The notes under the pieces: generated by a model
Databases searched by the model: none
What the model saw: the letters and a program-made list of their open reading frames with translations, nothing else
Told to the model about the DNA's origin: nothing
Program-made: the position numbers and the translations under genes
Source: Thermoanaerobaculia bacterium
GTDB taxonomy: Bacteria > Acidobacteriota > Thermoanaerobaculia > Gp7-AA8
DNA: 64,000 nt
Assembly: GCA_041671505.1 (NCBI GenBank)
Contig: JBAZBK010000014.1
Coordinates: 20,395 to 84,394, forward strand
Direction: 5' to 3'
Shown here: piece after piece, positions 44,848 through 53,485 of the stretch
Numbering within the stretch: position 1 is the first letter of the stretch
Layout: each line of letters begins with the position of its first letter

Positions 44848-45123
44848 TCAGGCTTTGGCAGACGCCGATTCGCCTTCGGCGCCAGCCGGCGCCGGCTTCT
44901 CGGCGAGAAGCGTCTTCGCCTTGTCGGTCAGGCCGAATCCGGTCCCTTCCGCCGCAGCCTTGAGATAGCCCTTCGCGGCGAGAGAACGGGCCGGCTCGCC
45001 CCCCCCTCCGTGCGGGTGCTTGATCCCGGCGATCTCCTCTTCGGTCAGTTCGTCCTTCTCGACGCGTCGATACTCCTGGAGGACGCGGAGCTCCTGTGGG
45101 GTGAGGCCGTGCGGAAGTTTCAT
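44848..45123 (-). CDS. Hypothetical small protein (91 aa)
   Basis: ORF with acceptable GC3 bias. No recognisable family; not Phd-like. Cassette E begins 18 bp upstream of its start. Confidence 0.35.
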   Translation of the reverse strand: MKLPHGLTPQELRVLQEYRRVEKDELTEEEIAGIKHPHGGGGEPARSLAAKGYLKAAAEGTGFGLTDKAKTLLAEKPAPAGAEGESASAKA

Positions 45124-45140
45124 GGTCGAAGTCTTCGGGT

Positions 45141-45331
45141 GTCAGTTGTTAGTTGTCAGTTGTTAGTTGTCAGACAGAAGCAGTGGTCGCCATCGGTGTC
45201 ATCGTGCAGTCGTGATGAGAGAAAGTCCATGGGGCATGTCACGGTTTCGAGTGCGCGTCGCGATGGAGGCAACCGGGTGTCATACAACTCTGCCGCTGCC
45301 TATCTAACAACTAACAACTAAAAACTAACAA
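45141..45331. repeat. Heptamer-array-flanked cassette E: (GTTGTTA/GTTGTCA)n - ~130-bp core - (CTAACAA)n
   Basis: Left GTCAGTTGTTAGTTGTCAGTTGTTAGTTGTCAG. Right CTAACAACTAACAACTAAAAACTAACAACC. Same TTGTTAG family as cassette B with an unrelated core. Lies between the lhr stop and the start of the 91-aa ORF. Confidence 0.75.
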
Positions 45332-45339
45332 CCCTCCCT

Positions 45340-48300
45340 CTACGTAGGACCGCGTCCAATCCGTAGCTGATACCCCATCGCCGTCGGCCGGAAGCCTTCG
45401 GCTTCGAGCGCCGCGGCCAGCGGCGATTCGGCGACGGGCCGGCCGTTCACTTCCGCGACGAAGACCGTGCGAAGGCGCTCAGCGTCACGCGCCAGTATGG
45501 ATGCAAGCGCTTTCATCGCGGCGGAGCGTTTCGGCTCGTCCTCTTCGGGGATCACCTGCAATGCGTTGCCTCCCTTGTAGAGGTACGCGACGAGCGCGCC
45601 GTCGACGAGCACGACCCTCGCGCCGACGGCGCGGGCGAGCGTTCGCCCATCCGCAGTGGCCGGCCACGGAAGGAGCGCTCCGTACGGATTCCCAGGGTCG
45701 GTCGCCGCGAGCACGAGCGCCTCGACCGTCGCGGAGTCGGCACGGAGCGATCGCAGGAGATCGATCGCGCCGCCGAGCGCGAACTGTCCGGCGGCGATCC
45801 CTTCGACGAAGTAGCCGCGTCGGATCTTCCCTGCCTCCTCCATCCGCTTGAGCACCTCGTACGCCGCAGAGAATCCGCCGCGCAGCGACTCCGCGTCGGC
45901 GACGTCGCGTGCGACGATCCCGTAGCGCGCGAGAAGCTGCTGCGCGAGCGCCGCCGCCCGCTCGGTGCTCCCCGCCGGGGCCCCTCCGATCGACTCCGCG
46001 AGCGACCATCGTCCCTCGCTTCCCTGCGGCGCGATACGCCGCGCGAGCGACGGCCTGCGAAGCGGCACGAGCGCGGGCCCGCGCGAGGCTCCGGTCCGCG
46101 CGCGAAGCGCGTGAAGGCTGTCGTTCGTGACGACGCCCTTCCAGACGAGGCTCCAGATCGCGTCGAGCGTGTCGTTAGGAAAGCCCCCGCCGAGTCCTTC
46201 GTGAATCCGGTCGAAGAACGATGCGCCAGTTGCTCGGAGAAGATCGACGACGCGCGATTCCATGCCATCGATCGATGGCTCATCCGCATCCCTGCGCAGC
46301 AATGGGAACTGCCCCCCGAGGTAGAGCGCGATGCGGCCGTCCTTCTCGCCGAGCGGCGCGACGCCGCTCCAGGTCACGTCGCCTGTCGCGATCAGCCGGT
46401 CGAGGTCACCCGGCAGATAGTCCTTTACCCGCGCCGGCAGGATCTCCGACTCGAGCAGCGACGCCGCGATCGGCAGCCCCTGCAACGAGTCGATCGCCTC
46501 GACGAGCGATGCCGCTCCCTTCCCCGGCGCCGCCACCCCCTGCCAATGTGCGAGCATTCGCGCGAAGTGCCGCGGCTCCACCGGCTCAATTTCCTTTCGC
46601 AGCTTCGCGAGAGACTGGCGGCGGATCCTCGCGAGCACGTCGGCGTGACAGAGCTCGCGCTGGCTTCCGCGGGGGCGGAACTCGCCTTCGACGATCTTTC
46701 CTTCGATCACGAGCCCGCGCAGCGCTTCGTCGATCTTCCTGCGATCGGTCCCGAGCCTCGCGGCAGCTTCTGCCGCGGTGAACGGGCCGTGCGTTCTCGC
46801 GTATCGCGACACGAGGTCGCGCAGGGGATCATCGACGGGCCGGAGGAACGCCTCGGCCACGCCGCTCGCAATCGTCGCGCCGAGCGCGTCACGATAGCGC
46901 GCGGCATCCTCGATCGCGATGAGACGCCGCTCGCCGGCGACGTCGACCTCGAGCGCGCGGCGCGCACCGAGGAGTGCGCCGACCACAGCGTCGATGCCAT
47001 CGCCCGCGAACCGGAGCGCGAGCTCCTCGCGGCTCAGGTCGCCTAACGACAGCCGCGTGTCGTGCACGGCGTCCGGGGTCGCCTCGCCGTTCGGTTCGTC
47101 GAGGCGCTGCAGCCTCGCCAGGGTCGTCGCGGTGATCTCCTCGTCGAGCAGCTCGCGGAGAGCCGCCTCCCCGAGGAGCTCGCGAAGGCGCGACTGGTCG
47201 ATCGCGAGCGCGTGCGCGCGGCGCTCCGCGAGCGGCGCGTCGCCGTCGTAGAGATAGTTCGCGACGTAGCGGAAGAGTACCGAGCCGGCGAACGGCGACG
47301 GGCGCTCCGTGTCAGAGACGACGAGCCGCGTCTCGCGCCGCTCGAGGCTGCGCATCAGCGCGACGAGCGCCGGCACGTCGAAGAGGTCGCGAAGGCATTC
47401 GCGGTACGCCTCGAGGACGATCGGAAACGAGCCGAACTTCGCGGCGACGTGGAGCAGATCGGACGCCCGTTTGCGCTGGCGCCAGAGTGGTGTCCGCTCG
47501 CGCCCCGCGCGGCGCGGAAGAAGGAGAGCGCGCGCGGCCGACTCGCGAAAGCGCGCGGCGAAGAGCGACGTGCCGGCGAGCTGCCCGACGAGCAGCTCTT
47601 CCACTTCTTCCGCGCCGGGGATGAGCGATTCGACGGCCGGCGGCGAGTCGGTATCGGGAAATCGGATCACGAAGCCGTCGTCGCCCCACATCGCGTCGAC
47701 GTCGAGCCCGCGCTCGCGCCGGACCTTCGCGATCGCGGCCATCGCCCAGGGAGCGATCACGCGACCGCCGAGCGGGCTGAGCACGCAAACGAGCCAGTCG
47801 CCGAGCTCGTCGCGCACGCGTTCGACGACGACAGTGCGGTCGTCGGGGATCGCGCCTCCCGACTCCTTCTGATCGGCGAGGTACTGCACGAGATTTCGCG
47901 CCGCGAGCTCGTCGAGCCCGTGTTTCGAGGTGAGCGTCGCGCGCGCCTTCGCCGGAGGGAGCGCCGCGAGCGAGCGCGTCAGCGCGCCGATCCGCTCGCC
48001 GAATTCGACGGGGCGCGACGCGGAGTCGGCCTTCCAGAACGGCATCTTCCCCGGCTGGCCGGGCGCGGGGATGACGATCACGCGGTCGCGCGTGATCTCT
48101 TCGACGCGCCAGGTCGACGCGCCGAGAACGAACGCATCGCCGACGGCCGTCTCGAAGACCATCTCCTCGTCGAGCTCGCCGACGCGCCCCTGGCCCTTGT
48201 CGGCTCCCGCGAGAAAAACGCCGTAGAGACCGCGATCGGGAATCGTGCCGGCGTTGAGCACGGCCACGCGACGCGCGCCGGCGCGCGAGGAGAGCTGGTC

Positions 48301-49869
48301 GCTCTCGCGATCCCAGAGGATGCGAGGACGAAGCTCCGCGAAGTCGTCCGACGGGTAGAGCCCCGCGAGCATGTCGAGGAGTTGCTCGAACGTCGCGCGG
48401 GAGAGCTGCGCCCAGGGGGCCGCGCGGCGGACCGTCTCGTAGAGCTCGCCGACGCCGTAGTCCTCGACTGCGACCATCGCGACGATCTGCTGCGCGAGGA
48501 CGTCGAGCGGATTGCGCGGAAAGCGCGTCTCCTCGATCTCGCCGCGCGTCATCGCGCGGGAGACGGCGGCGGAAGCGAGCAGGTCGCCGCGGAACTTCGG
48601 AAAGACGATGCCATGGCTCGTCTCGCCGACCTGGTGGCCGGCGCGGCCGATCCGCTGCATCCCGCTTGCGACGGAAGGCGGCGCTTCGATCTGCACGACG
48701 AGGTCGATCGACCCCATGTCGATGCCGAGCTCGAGCGTGGAGGTCGCGACGAGGCCGCGGATCGCGCCGCGCTTGAGCGCATCCTCGATCAGGAGCCGTT
48801 GCTCGCGCGCGATCGAGCCGTGGTGCGCGGCGACGAGCTCCTCGCCCGCGAGCTCGTTGAGCGCGCCGGCGAGCCGTTCCGCGAGCCGCCGCGCATTGAC
48901 GAAAAGCAGCGTGGTCCGGTGTGCGCGGATGAGCTCGACGAGGCGCGGGTGAATCGAGGGCCAGATCGACGGAGACGAGGGGAAGCGGGAGCCATCCTCG
49001 CGCGGCGACGCGCCCGGCTCGTCGAGTGCGGCCATGTCCTCGACCGGGACCTCGACGGTGATCGCGAGCGACTTCCGCTCGCCCGTGTCGACGACGGTGA
49101 CCGGGCGCCACGACTGTTCGCTCGATTCGTCGGCGGGCGTGGTGATCGGATCGGTGGAGTCGTTCTCGCGGCGCCTCACAGCGGCACTCCCGCTCGCCAC
49201 GCCGCCGAGGAAGTGCGCGACCTCCTCGAGCGGCCGCTGCGTTGCCGAGAGGCCGATTCGCTGCAGCGGGCGACCCGCGAGGCGCTCGAGCCGCTCGAGC
49301 GAGAGCGCGAGATGCGCGCCTCGCTTGGTCGGCACGAGCGAGTGGATCTCGTCGACGATCACCGTGTCGACCGAGGCGAGCGACGAGCGCGCCGCCGATG
49401 TCAGGATCAGATAGAGCGACTCGGGCGTCGTGATCAGGATGTCGGCCGGAGCGCGGCGGAATCGGGCGCGTTCGCTCTGAGGCGTGTCGCCGGTGCGGAT
49501 CGCGACGGCGGGAGCGTGGTGACGGGCGCCCAGCGACTGCGCGACGCGCGCGATGCCCTCGAGCGGCTCGCGCAGGTTCCGCTCGATGTCGACGGCAAGC
49601 GCTTTGAGCGGCGAGACGTAGACGACGCGGCAGCGCTCGCGCGCGGGAGGGAGCGGCGAGAACATCAACCGGTCGATGCACCAGAGAAACGCGGTCAGCG
49701 TCTTGCCCGACCCGGTCGGCGCGGTGAGCAGCACCGACTCTCCCTTCGCGATAGCCGGCCACCCGAGCGCCTGCGCGCGCGTCAGCCCCTCGAACGAGGC
49801 GCGAAACCACTCGGCGACGGGAGAGGCGAAGAGACCGAGCGGATCGGGCGAGGACATCGAGGGAACCAT
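45340..49869 (-). CDS. lhr: Lhr-family large ATP-dependent DEAD/DEAH-box helicase
   Basis: 1509 aa. Walker A APTGSGKTL, DEIH box, helicase C domain and the long Lhr-specific C-terminal extension. Confidence 0.85.
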   Translation of the reverse strand: MVPSMSSPDPLGLFASPVAEWFRASFEGLTRAQALGWPAIAKGESVLLTAPTGSGKTLTAFLWCIDRLMFSPLPPARERCRVVYVSPLKALAVDIERNLREPLEGIARVAQSLGARHHAPAVAIRTGDTPQSERARFRRAPADILITTPESLYLILTSAARSSLASVDTVIVDEIHSLVPTKRGAHLALSLERLERLAGRPLQRIGLSATQRPLEEVAHFLGGVASGSAAVRRRENDSTDPITTPADESSEQSWRPVTVVDTGERKSLAITVEVPVEDMAALDEPGASPREDGSRFPSSPSIWPSIHPRLVELIRAHRTTLLFVNARRLAERLAGALNELAGEELVAAHHGSIAREQRLLIEDALKRGAIRGLVATSTLELGIDMGSIDLVVQIEAPPSVASGMQRIGRAGHQVGETSHGIVFPKFRGDLLASAAVSRAMTRGEIEETRFPRNPLDVLAQQIVAMVAVEDYGVGELYETVRRAAPWAQLSRATFEQLLDMLAGLYPSDDFAELRPRILWDRESDQLSSRAGARRVAVLNAGTIPDRGLYGVFLAGADKGQGRVGELDEEMVFETAVGDAFVLGASTWRVEEITRDRVIVIPAPGQPGKMPFWKADSASRPVEFGERIGALTRSLAALPPAKARATLTSKHGLDELAARNLVQYLADQKESGGAIPDDRTVVVERVRDELGDWLVCVLSPLGGRVIAPWAMAAIAKVRRERGLDVDAMWGDDGFVIRFPDTDSPPAVESLIPGAEEVEELLVGQLAGTSLFAARFRESAARALLLPRRAGRERTPLWRQRKRASDLLHVAAKFGSFPIVLEAYRECLRDLFDVPALVALMRSLERRETRLVVSDTERPSPFAGSVLFRYVANYLYDGDAPLAERRAHALAIDQSRLRELLGEAALRELLDEEITATTLARLQRLDEPNGEATPDAVHDTRLSLGDLSREELALRFAGDGIDAVVGALLGARRALEVDVAGERRLIAIEDAARYRDALGATIASGVAEAFLRPVDDPLRDLVSRYARTHGPFTAAEAAARLGTDRRKIDEALRGLVIEGKIVEGEFRPRGSQRELCHADVLARIRRQSLAKLRKEIEPVEPRHFARMLAHWQGVAAPGKGAASLVEAIDSLQGLPIAASLLESEILPARVKDYLPGDLDRLIATGDVTWSGVAPLGEKDGRIALYLGGQFPLLRRDADEPSIDGMESRVVDLLRATGASFFDRIHEGLGGGFPNDTLDAIWSLVWKGVVTNDSLHALRARTGASRGPALVPLRRPSLARRIAPQGSEGRWSLAESIGGAPAGSTERAAALAQQLLARYGIVARDVADAESLRGGFSAAYEVLKRMEEAGKIRRGYFVEGIAAGQFALGGAIDLLRSLRADSATVEALVLAATDPGNPYGALLPWPATADGRTLARAVGARVVLVDGALVAYLYKGGNALQVIPEEDEPKRSAAMKALASILARDAERLRTVFVAEVNGRPVAESPLAAALEAEGFRPTAMGYQLRIGRGPT

Positions 49870-49884
49870 AGCAATAGGGATAGG

Positions 49885-50118
49885 CGGAAGGCGAGGGGCG
49901 AGAGGCGATGAGCAACGGTAAGTGACGGAACGGCAGAGAAGAGTGAAAAGAGAGAAGAGAAGAGTTGAGAGTTGGGAGAGCCGGGCACCCTTGATGACGA
50001 GGTCAACTCTTCACTCTTCTCTCTTCACTCTTAACTCTTCTCTGCCTCCAGCTCCCGCGCTCCGGCTCATGCTCGCCCGCATCCGCCGACTCGCCTCTCG
50101 CCCCTCGCCTTTCGCCTC
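49885..50118. repeat. Composite cassette F: outer (GGCGAGG)n/(TCGCCTC)n heptamer arrays enclosing a second copy of nested element X (49934-50044)
   Basis: Outer left GGCGGAAGGCGAGGGGCGAGAGGCGATGAG. Outer right TCGCCTCTCGCCCCTCGCCTTTCGCCTCG. Inner X arms CAGAGAAGAGTGAAAAGAGAGAAGAGAAGAGTTGAGAGTTG / TCAACTCTTCACTCTTCTCTCTTCACTCTTAACTCTTCTCTG. Starts 15 bp upstream of the lhr start codon, in the divergent lhr/PDE promoter region. Confidence 0.7.
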
Positions 50119-50184
50119 GTGCTAGACACGGCCCCTCGCCACTGCAAGAATAGGTCGCACGACTTCCCACCGACGGACTACGCG

Positions 50185-50949
50185 ATGAGACTGAAAGTGC
50201 TGGGGGCCTACGGGTCAGCGGACGCGACGCATAACCTCACCGGTTACGTGATCGACGACCGCATCGCGATCGACGCGGGAACGCTCGGGTCGAAACTGAC
50301 GCTGCTTCAGCAGTCGAAGATCGAGATCGTCTTCGTCACCCACGTCCACGCCGACCACATCCGCGACCTGCCGACGCTGATCGAGAACCGCTTCCATTCC
50401 GATGCCGCGCCGCTCGAGGTCGTCGCCGAGAAGAGCGTCATGGAGATGCTCCATGCCGACCTCTTCAACGGAAGAGTCTGGCCCGACTTCGAGAAGTTCT
50501 CGTCGCCTCACACGGGGAAGGCGGCGGTCCACTACCGGGCACTCAGCGCGGGCAAGCGGACCGTGATCGCGGGGGCGGCGTTCACCGCGGCGCTCGTCGA
50601 CCACACCGTTGCGACGGCGGGCGCGATCATCGAGCTCGGCGGGCAGGCGATCGCCTTCACCGGCGACACCGGGCCGACTGCCGCGATCTGGAAGAAAGTG
50701 AACAAGACACCCGGCATGGTCGCGATGATCAGCGAGGCGTCGTATCCGAACGACTTCGCCACGATCGCGAAGGAAAGCGGCCACCTGACTCCCGAGCTGT
50801 TCGGCGCGGAGCTCGCGAAGATCGAGGTCGACGCCCCGCTCTACGCGAGCCACCGGAAGCTCCCCTACGAGCGGAAGATCGAGTCGGAGATCCGGAACAT
50901 CCGCGACCGCCGGGCACGGATCCTCGTCGAGAAGCAGTACACGTTCTGA
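50185..50949 (+). CDS. Class II 3',5'-cyclic-nucleotide phosphodiesterase-like MBL-fold hydrolase
   Basis: Start MRLKVLGAYGS (ATG 50185). Metal-binding motif VTHVHADHIRDLP and downstream His/Asp ligands of the CpdP/PDE class II family. 254 aa. Confidence 0.7.
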   Translation: MRLKVLGAYGSADATHNLTGYVIDDRIAIDAGTLGSKLTLLQQSKIEIVFVTHVHADHIRDLPTLIENRFHSDAAPLEVVAEKSVMEMLHADLFNGRVWPDFEKFSSPHTGKAAVHYRALSAGKRTVIAGAAFTAALVDHTVATAGAIIELGGQAIAFTGDTGPTAAIWKKVNKTPGMVAMISEASYPNDFATIAKESGHLTPELFGAELAKIEVDAPLYASHRKLPYERKIESEIRNIRDRRARILVEKQYTF

Positions 50950-51102
50950 AGAATTGAAAATTTGAAATTGAACATTGAAGCTTGAACGCGGGCCAGGCAG
51001 ATCCACCCGCGGAATGTTGCGCCCTCCCCGGGAGGTTGACCGCGACGCCAGAAGCGCGATTCGTGCCTCCCGGCTCTTTTCAATTTTCAATTTTCAATTT
51101 CG
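50948..51102. repeat. Heptamer-array-flanked cassette G: (GAATTGA/AAATTGA-like)n - ~90-bp core - (TTTCAAT)x3
   Basis: Left GAAGAATTGAAAATTTGAAATTGAACATTGAAGCTTGAA starts at the PDE stop codon. Right TTTTCAATTTTCAATTTTCAATTTC ends 4 bp before the GT2 ATG. The core has a CCTCCCCGGGAGG palindrome. Confidence 0.7.
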
Positions 51103-51105
51103 CCC

Positions 51106-51957
51106 ATGCCAAGACCTCGAATCAGCGCACTCGTCACGACGTACAACGAAGCCGAGCACGTGGAGCCATGCCTCCTCTCGCTCGAGTGGGCCGACGAGAT
51201 CGTCCTCGTCGACTCGTTTTCCAACGACGGCACGGCCGAGCTCGTCCGCGACCGCTTCCCGAAGGTCAAGTTCATCCAGCGCGAGTACCTCGGCTCCGCC
51301 GCGCAGAAGAACTTCGGCCTCGACTCGGTCTCGAACGACTGGGTCCTGGTCGTCGACGCCGACGAGCAGGTCACCCCGGAGCTGCGCGACGAGATCCTCC
51401 GCGTCCTGGAGGAAGGGCCGAAGTACTGGGCCTACTGGATCGGCCGATCGAACTTCGTTCTCGGCAAACCGGTGCGCTACAGCGGGCTCCAGCGGGACGG
51501 CGTCCGCCGTCTCATGCACCGGAAGAACGCTCGCTACCCGAACCGCCGCGTCCACACCGACCTCGCGGTCAACGGCCCCGTAGGACGCCTGCGCGGCAAG
51601 TTCAAGCACCTCTACATCCGCTCGTTCGACCACCAGGTCGAGAAGATGACGCGCTACGGTCTCTGGGGCGGCACGCAGCTCCACATCGAAGGGCGCGAAG
51701 TCTCGGCACCCGGAATCCTCGGCCACTCCTTCGCCCGCTTCTTCCGCGACTACGTCGTCAATCTCGGCTTCCTCGACGGAGCCCCCGGTCTCATCACCGT
51801 CGGCCTCCACACCTTCTACACCTTCTGGAAGTACTCCAAGCTCTGGGAGTTCAACCGCCTCAAGGAGCAGGGCAGGGCGCCGAAGCTCCCGAAGATCGAG
51901 ACCGATGAGGAAGTGTGGAAGATGCCTTGGGAAGAGGACGAAGGAGAGACGAATTGA
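51106..51957 (+). CDS. Family 2 glycosyltransferase
   Basis: N-terminal GT-A fold (ISALVTTYNEAEHV...DEIVLVDSFSNDGT...VVDADE DxD). The last three codons (ETN) and stop lie in cassette H. Confidence 0.8.
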   Translation: MPRPRISALVTTYNEAEHVEPCLLSLEWADEIVLVDSFSNDGTAELVRDRFPKVKFIQREYLGSAAQKNFGLDSVSNDWVLVVDADEQVTPELRDEILRVLEEGPKYWAYWIGRSNFVLGKPVRYSGLQRDGVRRLMHRKNARYPNRRVHTDLAVNGPVGRLRGKFKHLYIRSFDHQVEKMTRYGLWGGTQLHIEGREVSAPGILGHSFARFFRDYVVNLGFLDGAPGLITVGLHTFYTFWKYSKLWEFNRLKEQGRAPKLPKIETDEEVWKMPWEEDEGETN

Positions 51958-52062
51958 GAATTGAGAATTGAGAGACATAAAAGAGATATCAATTAGAGAC
52001 TGTTACCGTAGTCAATAATTGAGAATCGTTTCACGTCTCTCAATTCTCAATTCTCAATTCCG
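51951..52062. repeat. Heptamer-array-flanked cassette H: (GAATTGA)x3GAG - 60-bp AT-rich core - CTC(TCAATTC)x3
   Basis: Left GAATTGAGAATTGAGAATTGAGAGAC. Core ATAAAAGAGATATCAATTAGAGACTGTTACCGTAGTCAATAATTGAGAATCGTTTCACGT (~33% GC). Right CTCTCAATTCTCAATTCTCAATTCC. Lies between convergent GT2 and sigma-54 RR genes; the arms are near-perfect reverse complements. Confidence 0.75.
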
Positions 52063-52066
52063 CCCT

Positions 52067-53485
52067 CTACCCCTTCTCTCGCTCGATCGCGAACGCCTTC
52101 ATGCGCGATTCGAGCGTCGACGGGCTCAGCCCGAGCAGTTCCGCTGCGCCGCTCTTCCCCGAGATCTTCCAGTTGCAGCGCGCGAGCGCGTTCACGATGT
52201 TCCTCCGCTCCAGCCTCCGCCAATCGGACGCGGCGACCACCTCGCCGTCGCCCAGTGCATCGTCGAGCGAGCGGCTTCCCGCCGGCGACTCCGGGCCAGA
52301 CGCTTCCGAATGCGGATCGATGAGCGTCTCACGCCCCAGTATTTCTGCCTTGAGTCGCGCCAGCGCATCGAACACGATCGCTCGAAGCTCGCGCACGTTG
52401 CCGGGAAACGAGCAGTGACCGAGCGCGCGAACGAACTCGGGCGAGACCGGCGGCACCTGCTTGCCGAGATCAGCCGCAGCCTCGGCGACGAAGTGCTCCA
52501 CGAGAAGCGGCAGGTCGCCAAGCCGCTCGCGGAGCGGCGGAATCGAGACGTGATACGAACGAAGCCGGTAGTAGAGATCCTTCCGCAGCGCCGAGGTGTT
52601 CTGGTGCGTCGCGGCGACGACGCGGGCGTCCATCCGCTTCGGCGAGTCGGCGCCGAGCGGGAAATACTCCCGCTCCTGGAGCAGCCGGAGCAGCTTGACC
52701 TGGCTGCTCTCGGGCAGGTCGCCGATCTCGTCGAGAAAGAGCGTGCCACCCGCAGCCTGCTCGACCATGCCGCTTCGCGCCGTCGTTGCGCCCGTGAAGG
52801 CGCCCACTCGATGGCCGAACAGCGTGTCTGAGAACATCGCGTCGTCGAGCCCCGCGACGTTTACCGCGATGAACGGCCCCTTCCTCCCGCTCGCGCGGTG
52901 GAGAGCGCGCGCGATCAGTTCCTTTCCCGTTCCGGTCTCTCCGGTGATCAGCACCGGGTGCGCTCCGCGCGCGACCGTTTCGAGATACGAGAAGATGCGC
53001 TCCATCGCCTCGTCGACGGTGAAGATCGACTGGAACGCGGCGCTCCTCGGCGCCTGCCGGTCGAGCAGCGACGCCCGGAGACTCCTGTTCTCCTCCATCA
53101 GCTCCCAGTGCTCGAGCGCGCGACTGATCGTCGCGATGAGCTCATCGACCGGAGCTGGCTTGAGCAAGTAGTCGTACGCGCCGAGCTTCATGCACTCGAC
53201 GGCAGTTCGCGCGTCCTGCTCGGCGGTCACGACGATCACCATCACTTCGGGATTCGACTGCCTAACGATCTCGAGGATCTGCTTCCCTCCCATTCGGGGC
53301 ATGACGAGGTCGAGCAGAAGCACCGCCGGCGGATTGCCGGCGACCAGCCCGGGGACCGCAGGCGCATCGCTCGTCGTCGCCACGTTCTCGAAACCGTTCG
53401 CGCGGAGGATTCTGCTCACGCCGCGCACGACCTGCTCCTCGTCGTCGACGACGAGAATCAGGCGGCTCGCTCTGTCTTCAGCCAA
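52067..53485 (-). CDS. Sigma-54-dependent Fis-family response regulator (NtrC-like)
   Basis: Receiver (ILVVDDEEQ...D). AAA+ sigma-54 activator (GETGTGKELIARALH, GAFTGA). C-terminal HTH. The stop/start overlaps the upstream kinase gene. Confidence 0.9.
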   Translation of the reverse strand: MAEDRASRLILVVDDEEQVVRGVSRILRANGFENVATTSDAPAVPGLVAGNPPAVLLLDLVMPRMGGKQILEIVRQSNPEVMVIVVTAEQDARTAVECMKLGAYDYLLKPAPVDELIATISRALEHWELMEENRSLRASLLDRQAPRSAAFQSIFTVDEAMERIFSYLETVARGAHPVLITGETGTGKELIARALHRASGRKGPFIAVNVAGLDDAMFSDTLFGHRVGAFTGATTARSGMVEQAAGGTLFLDEIGDLPESSQVKLLRLLQEREYFPLGADSPKRMDARVVAATHQNTSALRKDLYYRLRSYHVSIPPLRERLGDLPLLVEHFVAEAAADLGKQVPPVSPEFVRALGHCSFPGNVRELRAIVFDALARLKAEILGRETLIDPHSEASGPESPAGSRSLDDALGDGEVVAASDWRRLERRNIVNALARCNWKISGKSGAAELLGLSPSTLESRMKAFAIEREKG

